Shown here one piece after another: positions 48,501 to 56,103 of a DNA stretch of 64,000 bases. The stretch's first letter is position 1. The number at the start of each line of letters is the position of its first letter. The position numbers and the translations under genes are program-made. Under the pieces are notes generated by a model. The model was given only the letters and a program-made list of their open reading frames with translations. It was not told the origin of the DNA and ran no database searches. Source of the DNA: Planctomycetota bacterium (GTDB lineage: Bacteria; Planctomycetota; UBA8108; SXIK01); the NCBI GenBank assembly GCA_965223265.1, contig OZ244999.1, positions 1,792,001 to 1,856,000 on the forward strand, given 5' to 3'.

Positions 48501-48896
48501 GCTGCTGTCGTCGTCGGCACGCACGGCTCCGGCGCGGCTGTATCAAACGCTCAGGTGCAGGTGCTGGGTATCGATGACGGAGAGTTGTTGTGGGACGCGA
48601 CGCTCGATGCCGAGCCGGTTGCGTGGGGGGTGGCGATTGATCGCCGAGGCTGCGTTGTGGTCACTACCGCCGACGGAGGTGTTGCTTGCTTCGGCGGAGG
48701 CGCCGCCGCGGCGACGCGGGCACCGTCGGAGGACAGAGACGGAGGCAGAGACGGAGACGGAGACAGAGACGGAGACGGAGACAGAGACGGAGACGGAGAC
48801 AGAGACGGAGACGGAGACAGAGACGGAGACGGAAACAGAGACGGAGGCAGAGACGGAGGCAGAGACGGAGACGGAAACAGAGACGGAGAGACATAG
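45570..48896 (+). CDS. Secreted SAM-methyltransferase-like + PQQ-like beta-propeller (BamB-type) protein with a DRDGDG low-complexity tail
   Basis: Signal peptide; RGICVLL...LADNLAD...EILRVLHPG; DDWGHPYHGPDNNP; LVALNGYNG.PLW; DWPSYRG...R; many D..TG...W.F repeats; VSTWPVGSGVLV.DG.VY.AAG. Confidence 0.82.
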   Translation: MHERLLSRNIQLMVVRSLVVVITLMLAGTSSAVVRAADVRDQLGRLEIKRGICVLLDVRDGDYPLQIARASDCIVYAQSPHEAIVRALQKAAIDAGMFGTRVYVERGSLDRIHLADNLADGVIVNVTESQRLSPLARSEILRVLHPGAKAILGTEILTKPRPDGADDWGHPYHGPDNNPQSRDQNARAPFLTQFLSEPWYAPMPQITVASGGRVFKAFGHVAMKKREWPWLNVLVALNGYNGTPLWKRQLSPGFMFHRSTLVATPETVYLGDDKSTKLLDARTGEVRDEIVVPRELDPDGVWKWMALERGVLYALVGAKERPDVVLRGRRDAPGWPWSGMGRGYARETPYEWGFGRTLLAIDLRTKDVLWSHKSSTPIDSRAVCSTDGRIYFYSHQSYLACIDAASGEICWQTSDPDLLAAIGEHDGAQTPPKGFSSSAYVKANSRGIYFAGPQRTALVAVNPRSGELLWTYPHGNYQLLLRDDGLYAMGRMETSKVFEYSTGAVLADLECYRGNCTRATGGVNDIYTRGYRHTGTMRLDLSGEKPNARRLPLMRPACQDGVIISEGHLYWGPWMCDCNHSLVGVVCLSPAGDFDFSQPAAEAERLEVMSAAKYSEASEPLSNDWPSYRGGPTRLASTDADLTAKSEELWRIGGRGVEPTAPVVQGSLVVWSGLDGIVHGVDVTTGERRWTFATGGAVRFPPELAYGSVYVGSGDGWVYSLSQQTGELQWRFRAAPAERKIAVHGQLVSTWPVGSGVLVADGVVYAAAGIASHDGTHVYALDARTGKIRWQNNTSGHLLGDDQVSGISVQGHLLLHDDRLYLAGGNVISPAVYDVANGRCLNEISSEWFVDPGNLTEEFPSRPHDSMFLRAPRGRELSLVDGAVRVFDELLYAPPQYQRARYFGGRFLHASRGDVVVRAEAGRVLRLTSGERARARRRARAERPARSSTLADELGDGDVVWSRGGLVQPLGLALARNAAVVVGTHGSGAAVSNAQVQVLGIDDGELLWDATLDAEPVAWGVAIDRRGCVVVTTADGGVACFGGGAAAATRAPSEDRDGGRDGDGDRDGDGDRDGDGDRDGDGDRDGDGNRDGGRDGGRDGDGNRDGET
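48731..48892 (+). repeat. Hexamer/18-mer tandem repeat (GACAGAGACGGAGACGGA)n encoding (DRDGDG)n
   Basis: Direct reading of 48731-48892; purine-rich GAC-GGA / GAC-AGA units in frame up to the stop. Confidence 0.92.
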
Positions 48897-48950
48897 GCGG
48901 AGGCGCAGACGAGAAGCGGACGTACACGCTTGCGCACACCTCGATACCCG

Positions 48951-49028
48951 CACGCCCACGCCCACGCCCACGCCCACGCCCACGCAAACGCAAACGCAAA
49001 CGCAAACGCAAACGCAAACGCAAACGCG
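48951..49028 (+). repeat. Compound hexamer microsatellite (CACGCC)5 CACGCA (AACGCA)6 AACGCG
   Basis: Counted directly; lies between two convergent genes. Confidence 0.93.
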
Positions 49029-49102
49029 AACGGCTCAGACAGGGCTACGGAACCCGACGCTCACGCGTCGATGAGCCGGCACGTACAGGCACAGGCAATG
49101 AC

Positions 49103-50119
49103 CTACCGAGACGGCTGCATGCCGCCGCGAATCGCCCCTGCGGCAGTTGCGCCGTAGTTTGCCGCGAAGGCCGCGTCGAGCGGGCGACTGTTCGGCACCG
49201 CGAGCCAGATTCTCAGCAGGTGGCGGCGGAGCTCGGGGGTGTCGTGGTCGACGAACTCTTCGCGCCGGTGAAGCGTCACCCAATTGTTGAGAAACAGAAT
49301 GTCGCCGGGTTGTTGCGTAAAACTAACGTGAAATTCTGGGTTCTCGGCCAGCTTTTCGATCGCGTCAAGAGCTTCCCTTTGCACCGCGCTCATGTCAGGC
49401 AACTCCGGCATGGCGTAGGCTCGTTCGATCAGGACGCGCAGTAGGTTCGCTGCGAAGTGGTTTTCGCAAAACGAGAAGATCGGCTGTGCGCAGTAGGGGC
49501 GCTCGTTGCCGAGGTCGACGTTGTGCCGCTTGTAGTAGTAGGGCTGCATGAGGACTCGGAGGAGATCGGGCCGCGTCTCGAGGAGCTCGTTGTAAATCGA
49601 CACGGAACTGACGATTCGGTTCTCGCCGCCGGATCTCGCCTGTCTCACACAGAGAAATGAGATGACGTCGCAGCGGTCCGTGTGAAAACTGAGCCGCTTT
49701 CGCGTGTTCGGACCGCGGGCGCGCGGATCTTCTTTTGCATAGCCTTCGTCGCGAACGCTGAAGATACGCTCGCCGTTCGCGCTTTGGGAAAGCGGCGTGC
49801 CGACGTGGCGTGCGAGCCCCCAAAAAAGTGTTCGGAGTTCGGTCTCGTCATACGCTTCGATCGGCAAGCCACGGATCATCGTCGCGCCTGATCCGTGCTC
49901 GAGCGAGTGCTGGATGGCCGCCAAGCGCTCGCCGAATCGCGGCAAGGGAAAGGTCTCGGACGTTACCGCATCGAGGTCAAGTCGCTGAGTTGTGACTGCC
50001 TTCACTGCTCGAGTCAGCTCCGATACCTCTTCGGCTGCCAGAGTGTGGAGCCAATCAGCCCGTTCGAAGAGCTCAGCGCCGCGCCAAGCCGCAGAGGTTT
50101 CAAGAGGTTTCGCGTTCAT
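49103..50119 (-). CDS. TauD/TfdA-family Fe(II)/2-oxoglutarate dioxygenase
   Basis: AAWRG, LEHGSG..MIRGLP, SQSANG, LSFHTDRCD (HxD), GGENRIVSS, QPGDILFLNN...LHRREEF, RRHLLRIWL; likely start ATG 50119. Confidence 0.88.
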   Translation of the reverse strand: MNAKPLETSAAWRGAELFERADWLHTLAAEEVSELTRAVKAVTTQRLDLDAVTSETFPLPRFGERLAAIQHSLEHGSGATMIRGLPIEAYDETELRTLFWGLARHVGTPLSQSANGERIFSVRDEGYAKEDPRARGPNTRKRLSFHTDRCDVISFLCVRQARSGGENRIVSSVSIYNELLETRPDLLRVLMQPYYYKRHNVDLGNERPYCAQPIFSFCENHFAANLLRVLIERAYAMPELPDMSAVQREALDAIEKLAENPEFHVSFTQQPGDILFLNNWVTLHRREEFVDHDTPELRRHLLRIWLAVPNSRPLDAAFAANYGATAAGAIRGGMQPSR

Positions 50120-50260
50120 GGCGTCTATCTTACTCGACAGGTTGTTGAACTTGAGGCCGCGCTTGGCGACATTGTTGCCACGTGATCCATTCGCGTCGCG
50201 GGCGATGACGTCTTCAGGATTGCGTACCAGTCCGCGCCACGCGGAGGAACGGAGAACAGT

Positions 50261-51169
50261 ATGACAGCTTCGCCTCGGTCTGAGTGCGTTCTTGAGCTCG
50301 ACCAACAGCGCCAGGTCGTCTCAGGTAGTGAAGAGAAGCTCGCAGCAGCGATCCGTCGCGGTGCGGATCTTCGCATCCATACCGATTTTCACTGGAACGA
50401 TCACGTCCAACCTGGGTCAGCTAACCCCGAGCTTGTTGAGGAGGTTGGCATCTTTCAGACCACCTATCTGGTGGAAGGCCATTGGGTGGCCGGCATCGTG
50501 ACGCTGCGTCAGCCACACAATCCCATGCTCGGTTTCGGTCCGCGCCCCTCCATGTCGTTCTTCATGTACAACCAAAACGGTCAGCAGGCGGTGGCGCGCC
50601 CCTATCTTGACGGTGAGCCCACGACAGGAAAGCTCGGTCCCTCGCCCGTGCGGCCTGATCCACAGGCGCCGAAGTACGAGCCGCTCGATTCTTGGGACGC
50701 CGGCACGAACGCACCCAGCGTCAACTTTGTCTGGAACTTTGAGAAGTTTCGCTTCCTGGTGCGGGACGATTGGCAGGAGGTCTATGCGTGCGGCGCGGAC
50801 GGGGCGGTGACGTCCGGGTCGCTGGCCGATCTGCGCGCGGCTTTCATCGACGGTGCTGCCGTCAAGGTCGGCATCCGTGGCCTGTGTCGCGATCTCGCGG
50901 CGGACTCCGCCGCAGCGCTCGAGCATGAGGTGTTCTTCGAAGTCGGCGTCAGTTTCTATCAGCGCGACAGCAAGGTTTTGAGCGGTGGTACGTACCCGTT
51001 CATCCGTGTGCGCCCCGGGGTGCCGATGAAGTACACCTCTGGCGGCTGGGACTTCGGCTGGGGATTCGTGCGCACCGACGGCTACGTCGAGCGTTGGCTT
51101 GTCGATCCGTACACGCTCAAGTTTGAAAAGAGCAGCGATCGCTGTGCCATGCGCTGGTTCGTTCGGTAG
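50261..51169 (+). CDS. Hypothetical protein of unknown function
   Basis: SD GGAG; well-formed 302-aa ORF (LAAAIRRGADLRI, GFGPRPSMSFFMYNQNG, TNAPS.NF, RTDG); internal duplication hint SGSEEKLAAAIRRGA / SGSLADLRAAFIDGA. Confidence 0.7.
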   Translation: MTASPRSECVLELDQQRQVVSGSEEKLAAAIRRGADLRIHTDFHWNDHVQPGSANPELVEEVGIFQTTYLVEGHWVAGIVTLRQPHNPMLGFGPRPSMSFFMYNQNGQQAVARPYLDGEPTTGKLGPSPVRPDPQAPKYEPLDSWDAGTNAPSVNFVWNFEKFRFLVRDDWQEVYACGADGAVTSGSLADLRAAFIDGAAVKVGIRGLCRDLAADSAAALEHEVFFEVGVSFYQRDSKVLSGGTYPFIRVRPGVPMKYTSGGWDFGWGFVRTDGYVERWLVDPYTLKFEKSSDRCAMRWFVR

Positions 51170-51205
51170 TGATCCCTCGAGGACGAAAAGGACGCGATGA
51201 ATTTA

Positions 51206-51233
51206 TTGACATATCGAGATATCACGATATATT
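51206..51233 (+). promoter_or_regulatory. sigma70-like promoter (TTGACA-16bp-TATATT) overlapped by operator palindrome ATATCG-N8-CGATAT
   Basis: TTGACA 51206-51211; palindrome ATATCGAGATATCACGATAT 51211-51230; -10 at 51228-51233; ATG 51240 has no SD. Confidence 0.75.
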
Positions 51234-51239
51234 TACCTT

Positions 51240-51617
51240 ATGAGATCAACGAAGACCGGAAACAAGTCCGTTAGAGCCAGGAGCGCTAAAGCACGGCCGA
51301 AGCGAAGAAAGGCGGTGCGCCCGACGCTTGACTGGGACGCCCTGACCCGAGCTGCCGAGTGCCTGAAGGTGCTAGCTCATCCGGCGCGCCTGCGTATGGT
51401 GCAGATGCTCTTAGGTGGCCGTTACAGCGTTGGGGAGCTTGCCGAAGCTTGTGCCATTCAGAGCCATATGGCGTCCGAGCACCTTCGACTCCTTCAGCGG
51501 TGCGGCTTTCTGGGCAGTGAGCGTCAGGGGAAAAACACTTTCTACAGCGTGGCCGAACCACACCTCGAGAGCCTGATGGCTTGCATCGAAAACCGTTTCG
51601 GCGGCAACAGCCCGTGA
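51240..51617 (+). CDS. ArsR/SmtB-family transcriptional repressor (probable persulfide sensor)
   Basis: AAECLKVLAHPARLRMV, SVGELA, SEHLRLLQRCGFL, RQGK..FYSV; Cys near the C-terminus (LMAC); heads the sulfur cluster. Confidence 0.9.
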   Translation: MRSTKTGNKSVRARSAKARPKRRKAVRPTLDWDALTRAAECLKVLAHPARLRMVQMLLGGRYSVGELAEACAIQSHMASEHLRLLQRCGFLGSERQGKNTFYSVAEPHLESLMACIENRFGGNSP

Positions 51618-51639
51618 ACACCAGTTCCGTTTTTTCTAA

Positions 51640-51659
51640 ATATCGTCATCTCTCGATCT
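51640..51659 (+). promoter_or_regulatory. Second copy of the ArsR operator-like palindrome ATATCG-N8-CGATCT
   Basis: ATATCGTCATCTCTCGATCT between arsR and the rhodanese gene; same half-sites and spacing as 51211-51230. Confidence 0.65.
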
Positions 51660-51699
51660 TTTGGACTCATTCTGTGGAACGTTCCTGTGGAGCACATCT

Positions 51700-52254
51700 A
51701 TGACACAGCCTACGATCACTCCAGCGGAGCTTTACCGATTGCGAAGCGAGGGCGAACCCGTCGAGTTGATCGACGTTCGAACGCCTGCCGAGTTTCGTGA
51801 GGTGCATGTCGAGTTCGCGCGCAATGTCCCGCTTGATCAGGTCACACGCGTCGCGACTGCGCCGAGCGAGCACGGATCTCCCAATTCTCTCTACATCATC
51901 TGTAAGAGTGGCAGTCGGGCGCGCCGCGCGGCCGAGAAACTCACTCATGCCGGTTCGGAGCGAACTGTCGTGGTCGAAGGCGGCACCGAAGCCTGGGTCG
52001 ATGCGGGTCTTCCCGTCCGACGCGGCAAGAAAGCGATCTCGCTTGAGAGGCAGGTGAGGATCGCCGCCGGCTCACTTGTTGTGCTGGGTGTTGTACTTGC
52101 CGCGACCATGCACCCATACTTCGTCGCGCTGGCGGGCTTCGTCGGTGCCGGCCTCATCTTTGCAGGCGTGACCGACACCTGTGGCATGGGGATGGTGCTG
52201 GCAAGGATGCCCTGGAATCGAGCGTCGAAGGAGGCTAAGGCATGTTCGAACTGA
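51700..52254 (+). CDS. Rhodanese + DUF2892 membrane sulfurtransferase (YgaP-like)
   Basis: LIDVRTPAEFREVH, active loop CKSGSR, VEGGTEAW..AGLP, ISLERQVRIAAG, GAGLIFAGVTDTCGM...LARMPWN. Confidence 0.92.
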   Translation: MTQPTITPAELYRLRSEGEPVELIDVRTPAEFREVHVEFARNVPLDQVTRVATAPSEHGSPNSLYIICKSGSRARRAAEKLTHAGSERTVVVEGGTEAWVDAGLPVRRGKKAISLERQVRIAAGSLVVLGVVLAATMHPYFVALAGFVGAGLIFAGVTDTCGMGMVLARMPWNRASKEAKACSN

Positions 52255-53081
52255 GCGTCCTTTTCGGACTGCTCGTGGGGCTTTCGCTCGGGGTGACTGG
52301 TGGCGGCGGATCCATTTTTGCCGTGCCGCTTCTGGTCTACGGCCTCTCGACGACGCCACGCGAAGCCGTCGGCATGTCACTGGTCATCGTTGGCGTGACG
52401 GCCTTCGTCGGATTCCTTCAAAGACTGCGGCAGGGCGAGGTCGAGGCGCGCGCGGGAATCATCTTTGCTCTCTTTGGAACGCTCGGGGCACCGGTGGGGG
52501 CGTTGATTGGTGGGCAGGTGCCCGCGACGGTACTTCTTCTTTTCTTCTCGCTCTTCATGGTCGCCGTCGCGTTTCGAATGTGGCGAGGGGCAACCGCTCT
52601 GCGTAGCCGCTGCGGTGCCACCGACGACCTGCGACCCGCGAACGTGGGCGAGAGCGAGCAGAGCGGTCGATCTTTGTGTGAACGCGACGGTGCCGGTCGT
52701 CTACTCCTGTCGCTGCGATGCATCGTCGTGCTTGGACTTGTCGGCTTACTCACGGGAGTACTCTCCGGGCTTTTTGGCGTCGGTGGGGGACTCTTCATCG
52801 TTCCCGCACTGGTCTTTTTCACACACATGAACATTCGGCGCGCGGTCGCAACATCCCTCTTCGTGATCGCGCTGATTAGTCTTTCAGGTGTCGTGTCCTA
52901 CGTCTCTGCGGGTGGCATATTGAATTCGGTGGTAGCACTCCTCTTCTCGCTCGGCGGGATCGTGGGGCTCTTCCTTGGGGCGAATCTCTCTCGCAGAGTC
53001 TCAGGGCCGACGCTGCAGCGAGGGTTTGCTGCTGCCATGGTCGTCGTTGCTGGATGCACTGCGGCCGGGGCTATCGTTTGA
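52242..53081 (+). CDS. TauE/SafE (TSUP) family sulfur-compound exporter
   Basis: GLSLGVTGGGGSIFAVPLL and SGLFGVGGGLFIVPAL, AVATSL; about 8 TM helices. Confidence 0.92.
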   Translation: MFELSVLFGLLVGLSLGVTGGGGSIFAVPLLVYGLSTTPREAVGMSLVIVGVTAFVGFLQRLRQGEVEARAGIIFALFGTLGAPVGALIGGQVPATVLLLFFSLFMVAVAFRMWRGATALRSRCGATDDLRPANVGESEQSGRSLCERDGAGRLLLSLRCIVVLGLVGLLTGVLSGLFGVGGGLFIVPALVFFTHMNIRRAVATSLFVIALISLSGVVSYVSAGGILNSVVALLFSLGGIVGLFLGANLSRRVSGPTLQRGFAAAMVVVAGCTAAGAIV

Positions 53082-53117
53082 GCCGACGCGTACACCGAAC
53101 ATCGGGAGGACGCACTC

Positions 53118-54533
53118 GTGTACTTTTATCAGCGCTTCATTCCTGGTCTCGCGATTTACTCCTACCTCGTTGCCGACGAACGCACCAAGGAAGCCGCCGT
53201 CATCGACCCCACACGCGATGTTGATGCGTTTCTCACACTCGCTCGAAATGAAGGTTTCCACTTGCGCCACGCGCTGGAAACCCACGTGCATGCAGACTTC
53301 GTCAGTGGCGCAGCTGAGCTGAAGCAGCGCCTTGGCGATGATTTCACAGTCCACGCCTCTTCCTTGGGCGGTCCAGAGTGGAGTCCGGCGTACGCGGATC
53401 ACCACATCGGCGACGGGGATGAGGTCTCGCTGGGCTCCGTCGTCCTGCAGGCCATTCACACCCCAGGGCACACCCCCGAGCATGTGTCGTGGGCGCTCTA
53501 TGACTCTAGCCGCAGCCGCGACACCCCATGGCTTGTCTTCACCGGCGACTTTCTCTTCGTCGGCGATGTCGGCCGCCCTGATCTTCTCGGTGAAGAGGCG
53601 CGAAAGAGACTCGCTTCACAGCTCTATCACAGCGTTTTTGAGAGACTCCCAGCTCTTCCTGACTTCACGGAGATCTTTCCCACGCATGGTGCGGGATCTC
53701 TTTGCGGCAAGGCGATTGGGTCGCGTAGCTCGTCGACGGTCGGCTTTGAGCGGCGCTACAACGTGGCGCTAGAAAAGAGAGCCGAAGAGGCATGGATTGC
53801 TGCTCTTCTGGGTGGCATGCCGATCGCGCCTCCCTACTTTCGTCGCATGAAGCGAGTCAACGCTGCCGGTCCACGCATCCTCGGACTTGAACTGCCGGGG
53901 CAGCGGCGTTTCTCCGCGCGAGAGGTGAACGAGCGCACGTGCGAGGACTGCCTCATCGTCGACACGCGAAGTCAGGAGGCCTTCGCTTCGGCACATATTC
54001 CGGGTGCCATCAATATTCCGATGGGGCCGAATCTACCGACGTGGGCTGGCTGGGTCTTACCCTATGATCGGCCGACGCTGCTGGTCCTCGATGATCCGTC
54101 GGACATGCCGCAGGTGACGACTCATCTCATCCGTGTGGGATTCGACGACGTCGCCGGCTGCCTTGAAGATGGAATGCTTGCGTGGGAGACGCAGGGCTTC
54201 GAGCTTGCTCACCTCGATACGGTTTCTGTGCATGATCTGTCGTCGCAGCTCAAGAGTTCGACGGCGCCGCCTTTCGTTCTCGACGTTCGAACCGAGGGCG
54301 AGTGGACTTCAGGGCACATCGAAGGCGCCCAACACATTCACGGCGGTCTGCTTCAGGAGCGTTTTGACGTCGTGCCTAAAGATCGCTCGATCGCAGTTGT
54401 CTGCGGTAGCGGCTACCGCGCCTCGATTGCTGCCTCGTTCCTGAAACGTGAAGGGTACGAGGACGTCTCGAATGTGCTTGGCGGCATGAGCGCATGGACC
54501 TCTGCAGGCTTAGAAACCGTGACGGACGAGTGA
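53118..54533 (+). CDS. MBL-fold persulfide dioxygenase fused to two rhodanese domains (CstB-like)
   Basis: ETHVHADFVSG, HTPGHTPEH, FTGDFLFVGDVGRPDL, HGAGSLCGK, HIPGAINI, HIEGA, CGSGYRAS. Confidence 0.92.
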   Translation: MYFYQRFIPGLAIYSYLVADERTKEAAVIDPTRDVDAFLTLARNEGFHLRHALETHVHADFVSGAAELKQRLGDDFTVHASSLGGPEWSPAYADHHIGDGDEVSLGSVVLQAIHTPGHTPEHVSWALYDSSRSRDTPWLVFTGDFLFVGDVGRPDLLGEEARKRLASQLYHSVFERLPALPDFTEIFPTHGAGSLCGKAIGSRSSSTVGFERRYNVALEKRAEEAWIAALLGGMPIAPPYFRRMKRVNAAGPRILGLELPGQRRFSAREVNERTCEDCLIVDTRSQEAFASAHIPGAINIPMGPNLPTWAGWVLPYDRPTLLVLDDPSDMPQVTTHLIRVGFDDVAGCLEDGMLAWETQGFELAHLDTVSVHDLSSQLKSSTAPPFVLDVRTEGEWTSGHIEGAQHIHGGLLQERFDVVPKDRSIAVVCGSGYRASIAASFLKREGYEDVSNVLGGMSAWTSAGLETVTDE

Positions 54534-54555
54534 TGCACCCAGAGGTCTGCAGTCA

Positions 54556-55164
54556 GTGGAGGCTAGCATGATCGTCGATCGTTTCAGCTCCGCGGAGTCC
54601 GAGTCGACACGAAGGCTACGAATGTTCGTGGCAGCGCTCGAGAAGAGCGTAGCACGCTCTAAGGATGCCCAGACGATCACCGCGGACGTAAGGGATGTCC
54701 TGCTCGACACCGTTCGGGACCGAGAGTTTGTCTTGCCACGACGATTTCAGCGGCCCGTGCCGAGCGGATACGCGCGCCGGCTTCTGCACCGCAGTGAACG
54801 TCTCCACTACTCGGTCGTCGCGATGGTCTGGGCGCCGGGGCAGGGGACGCCGCTCCACGATCACGCGGGTATGTGGTGCGTGGAAGCGGTGGCGTGCGGA
54901 GAAGTCGATGTTACGCAGTATGAGCGCACGCAAGTTCGGGGGACTCGTTACCGATTCGAGCGCACCGGCGTGGAGCGCGCCGGCGTCGGCCAGGCGGGCC
55001 TCCTGATCCCACCGCGGGAGTATCATACGATCGCGAACCCGGGGCTTGTGCCGGCGATTACGCTGCACGTGTATGCTGGAGAGATGGAGAGCTGCAGTAT
55101 TTACCTGCCGTACGACGACGGGTGGTACCGCCGCCAGGACCGAGTGCTCTCCTACGATGACTAG
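54556..55164 (+). CDS. Cysteine dioxygenase type I family (thiol dioxygenase cupin)
   Basis: YARRLL, VVAMVWAPGQGTPLHDHAG.WC, EYHTIAN, AITLHVY (3-His site); start may be ATG 54568. Confidence 0.88.
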   Translation: MEASMIVDRFSSAESESTRRLRMFVAALEKSVARSKDAQTITADVRDVLLDTVRDREFVLPRRFQRPVPSGYARRLLHRSERLHYSVVAMVWAPGQGTPLHDHAGMWCVEAVACGEVDVTQYERTQVRGTRYRFERTGVERAGVGQAGLLIPPREYHTIANPGLVPAITLHVYAGEMESCSIYLPYDDGWYRRQDRVLSYDD

Positions 55165-55206
55165 CAACCGCGTCGGCACTGGTGGCAAGAAGGCAGAATG
55201 CTGCTC

Positions 55207-55731
55207 CTATGTCCTCCACGCATCGAGGCGGCGTCCACAGAGTTCACGCGTGGCGCCTGGAAGTTGTGTCTCCGCGAGCCTCTCGATCAGGGTTGCGCTC
55301 TCAGCCAGTCCGTGACCGATAAGACCCGCGACGAAGCGGAGATCCTTCTCGCGTCCGGCGACCAACTTGCTGATCGCCAAGTCGTGAACCTCTAAGCACC
55401 AGGCGGTTGCGCCGCCCGTTGATTCGCTCCGCAGAGGTATGAGCCTCTCTTCCCAGCCCGCCGGCAGAGTCGCGGTGTCCGGTCCCACCCCATGTCCGTA
55501 GTATCCGAAGGTCTCCTCGAACGTCGAACGTTCTCCGATCGCTCCGTCGATCAGGATGCTGTCTTCTGGCTTGTTCCGGGGGTAGAGGTCCACTTCCATC
55601 GACGTGACCAGTTCCGTGGGTGCATCCGGAAACGCTGCGAGGAGCGCTTGGCTGCCGATGACGATGAACTCGTCGTGGAGGGTGATCGCGCTTGCAGCCC
55701 GGATGACGTGTTCAAGTTCCGATCGTTTCAT
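55207..55731 (-). CDS. DUF6036-like nucleotidyltransferase-fold protein
   Basis: MKRSELEHVIRAA, IVIGSQAL, SMEVDL (GS...ExD), IDGAIGE.S.F..TFGYY, LPAGWEERL, DLAISKL.AGREKD. Confidence 0.82.
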   Translation of the reverse strand: MKRSELEHVIRAASAITLHDEFIVIGSQALLAAFPDAPTELVTSMEVDLYPRNKPEDSILIDGAIGERSTFEETFGYYGHGVGPDTATLPAGWEERLIPLRSESTGGATAWCLEVHDLAISKLVAGREKDLRFVAGLIGHGLAESATLIERLAETQLPGATRELCGRRLDAWRT

Positions 55732-56071
55732 ACAGGTCGAAGATCTCCTTTCGCTGTGCCGGGGAGAGGACGCCGGCAAATGGCGCTGTTTGGCGAAGGC
55801 GCCTACCTTCTTCGCTCTCTTCGACAAGGATACTCAGGACTTCGTCCACAGATTTTTGGGCGAGGATTTCTTCCCATTCCTCGAACGCTCGCGGCCAGTC
55901 GGATCGTCGCTTCTTCTGGCGTTCCAAGTAGTCGGCTGCTTTTCGAATGAGCAGTGGATCACTGCGGATCCCCGCTGCGATCGCTTGCGCCAGGGCCAAA
56001 CTGCGCGCGTCAACCCACGCGTGCGAGCGCTTGTGAGGGGCTGGGGGGCGTCTTCTAGGGCTGGTGCTCAT
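55712..56071 (-). CDS. Small alpha-helical partner of the DUF6036-like NTase (putative antitoxin)
   Basis: RSLALAQAIA, A.DYLER, EWEEIL, ESEEGRRLRQTAPFAGVLS..QR; overlaps the NTase start by 20 nt. Confidence 0.72.
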   Translation of the reverse strand: MSTSPRRRPPAPHKRSHAWVDARSLALAQAIAAGIRSDPLLIRKAADYLERQKKRRSDWPRAFEEWEEILAQKSVDEVLSILVEESEEGRRLRQTAPFAGVLSPAQRKEIFDLYETIGT

Positions 56072-56103
56072 ACGGTATTCTATGATGTCTGATTCCACTT
56101 CCT

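Noticed and set aside
48187-49444. ORFs with poly-ET, TP, TQ, HA/NA, SV or poly-R tracts
   Set aside because: Alternative-frame translations of the hexamer microsatellites that overlap real genes.
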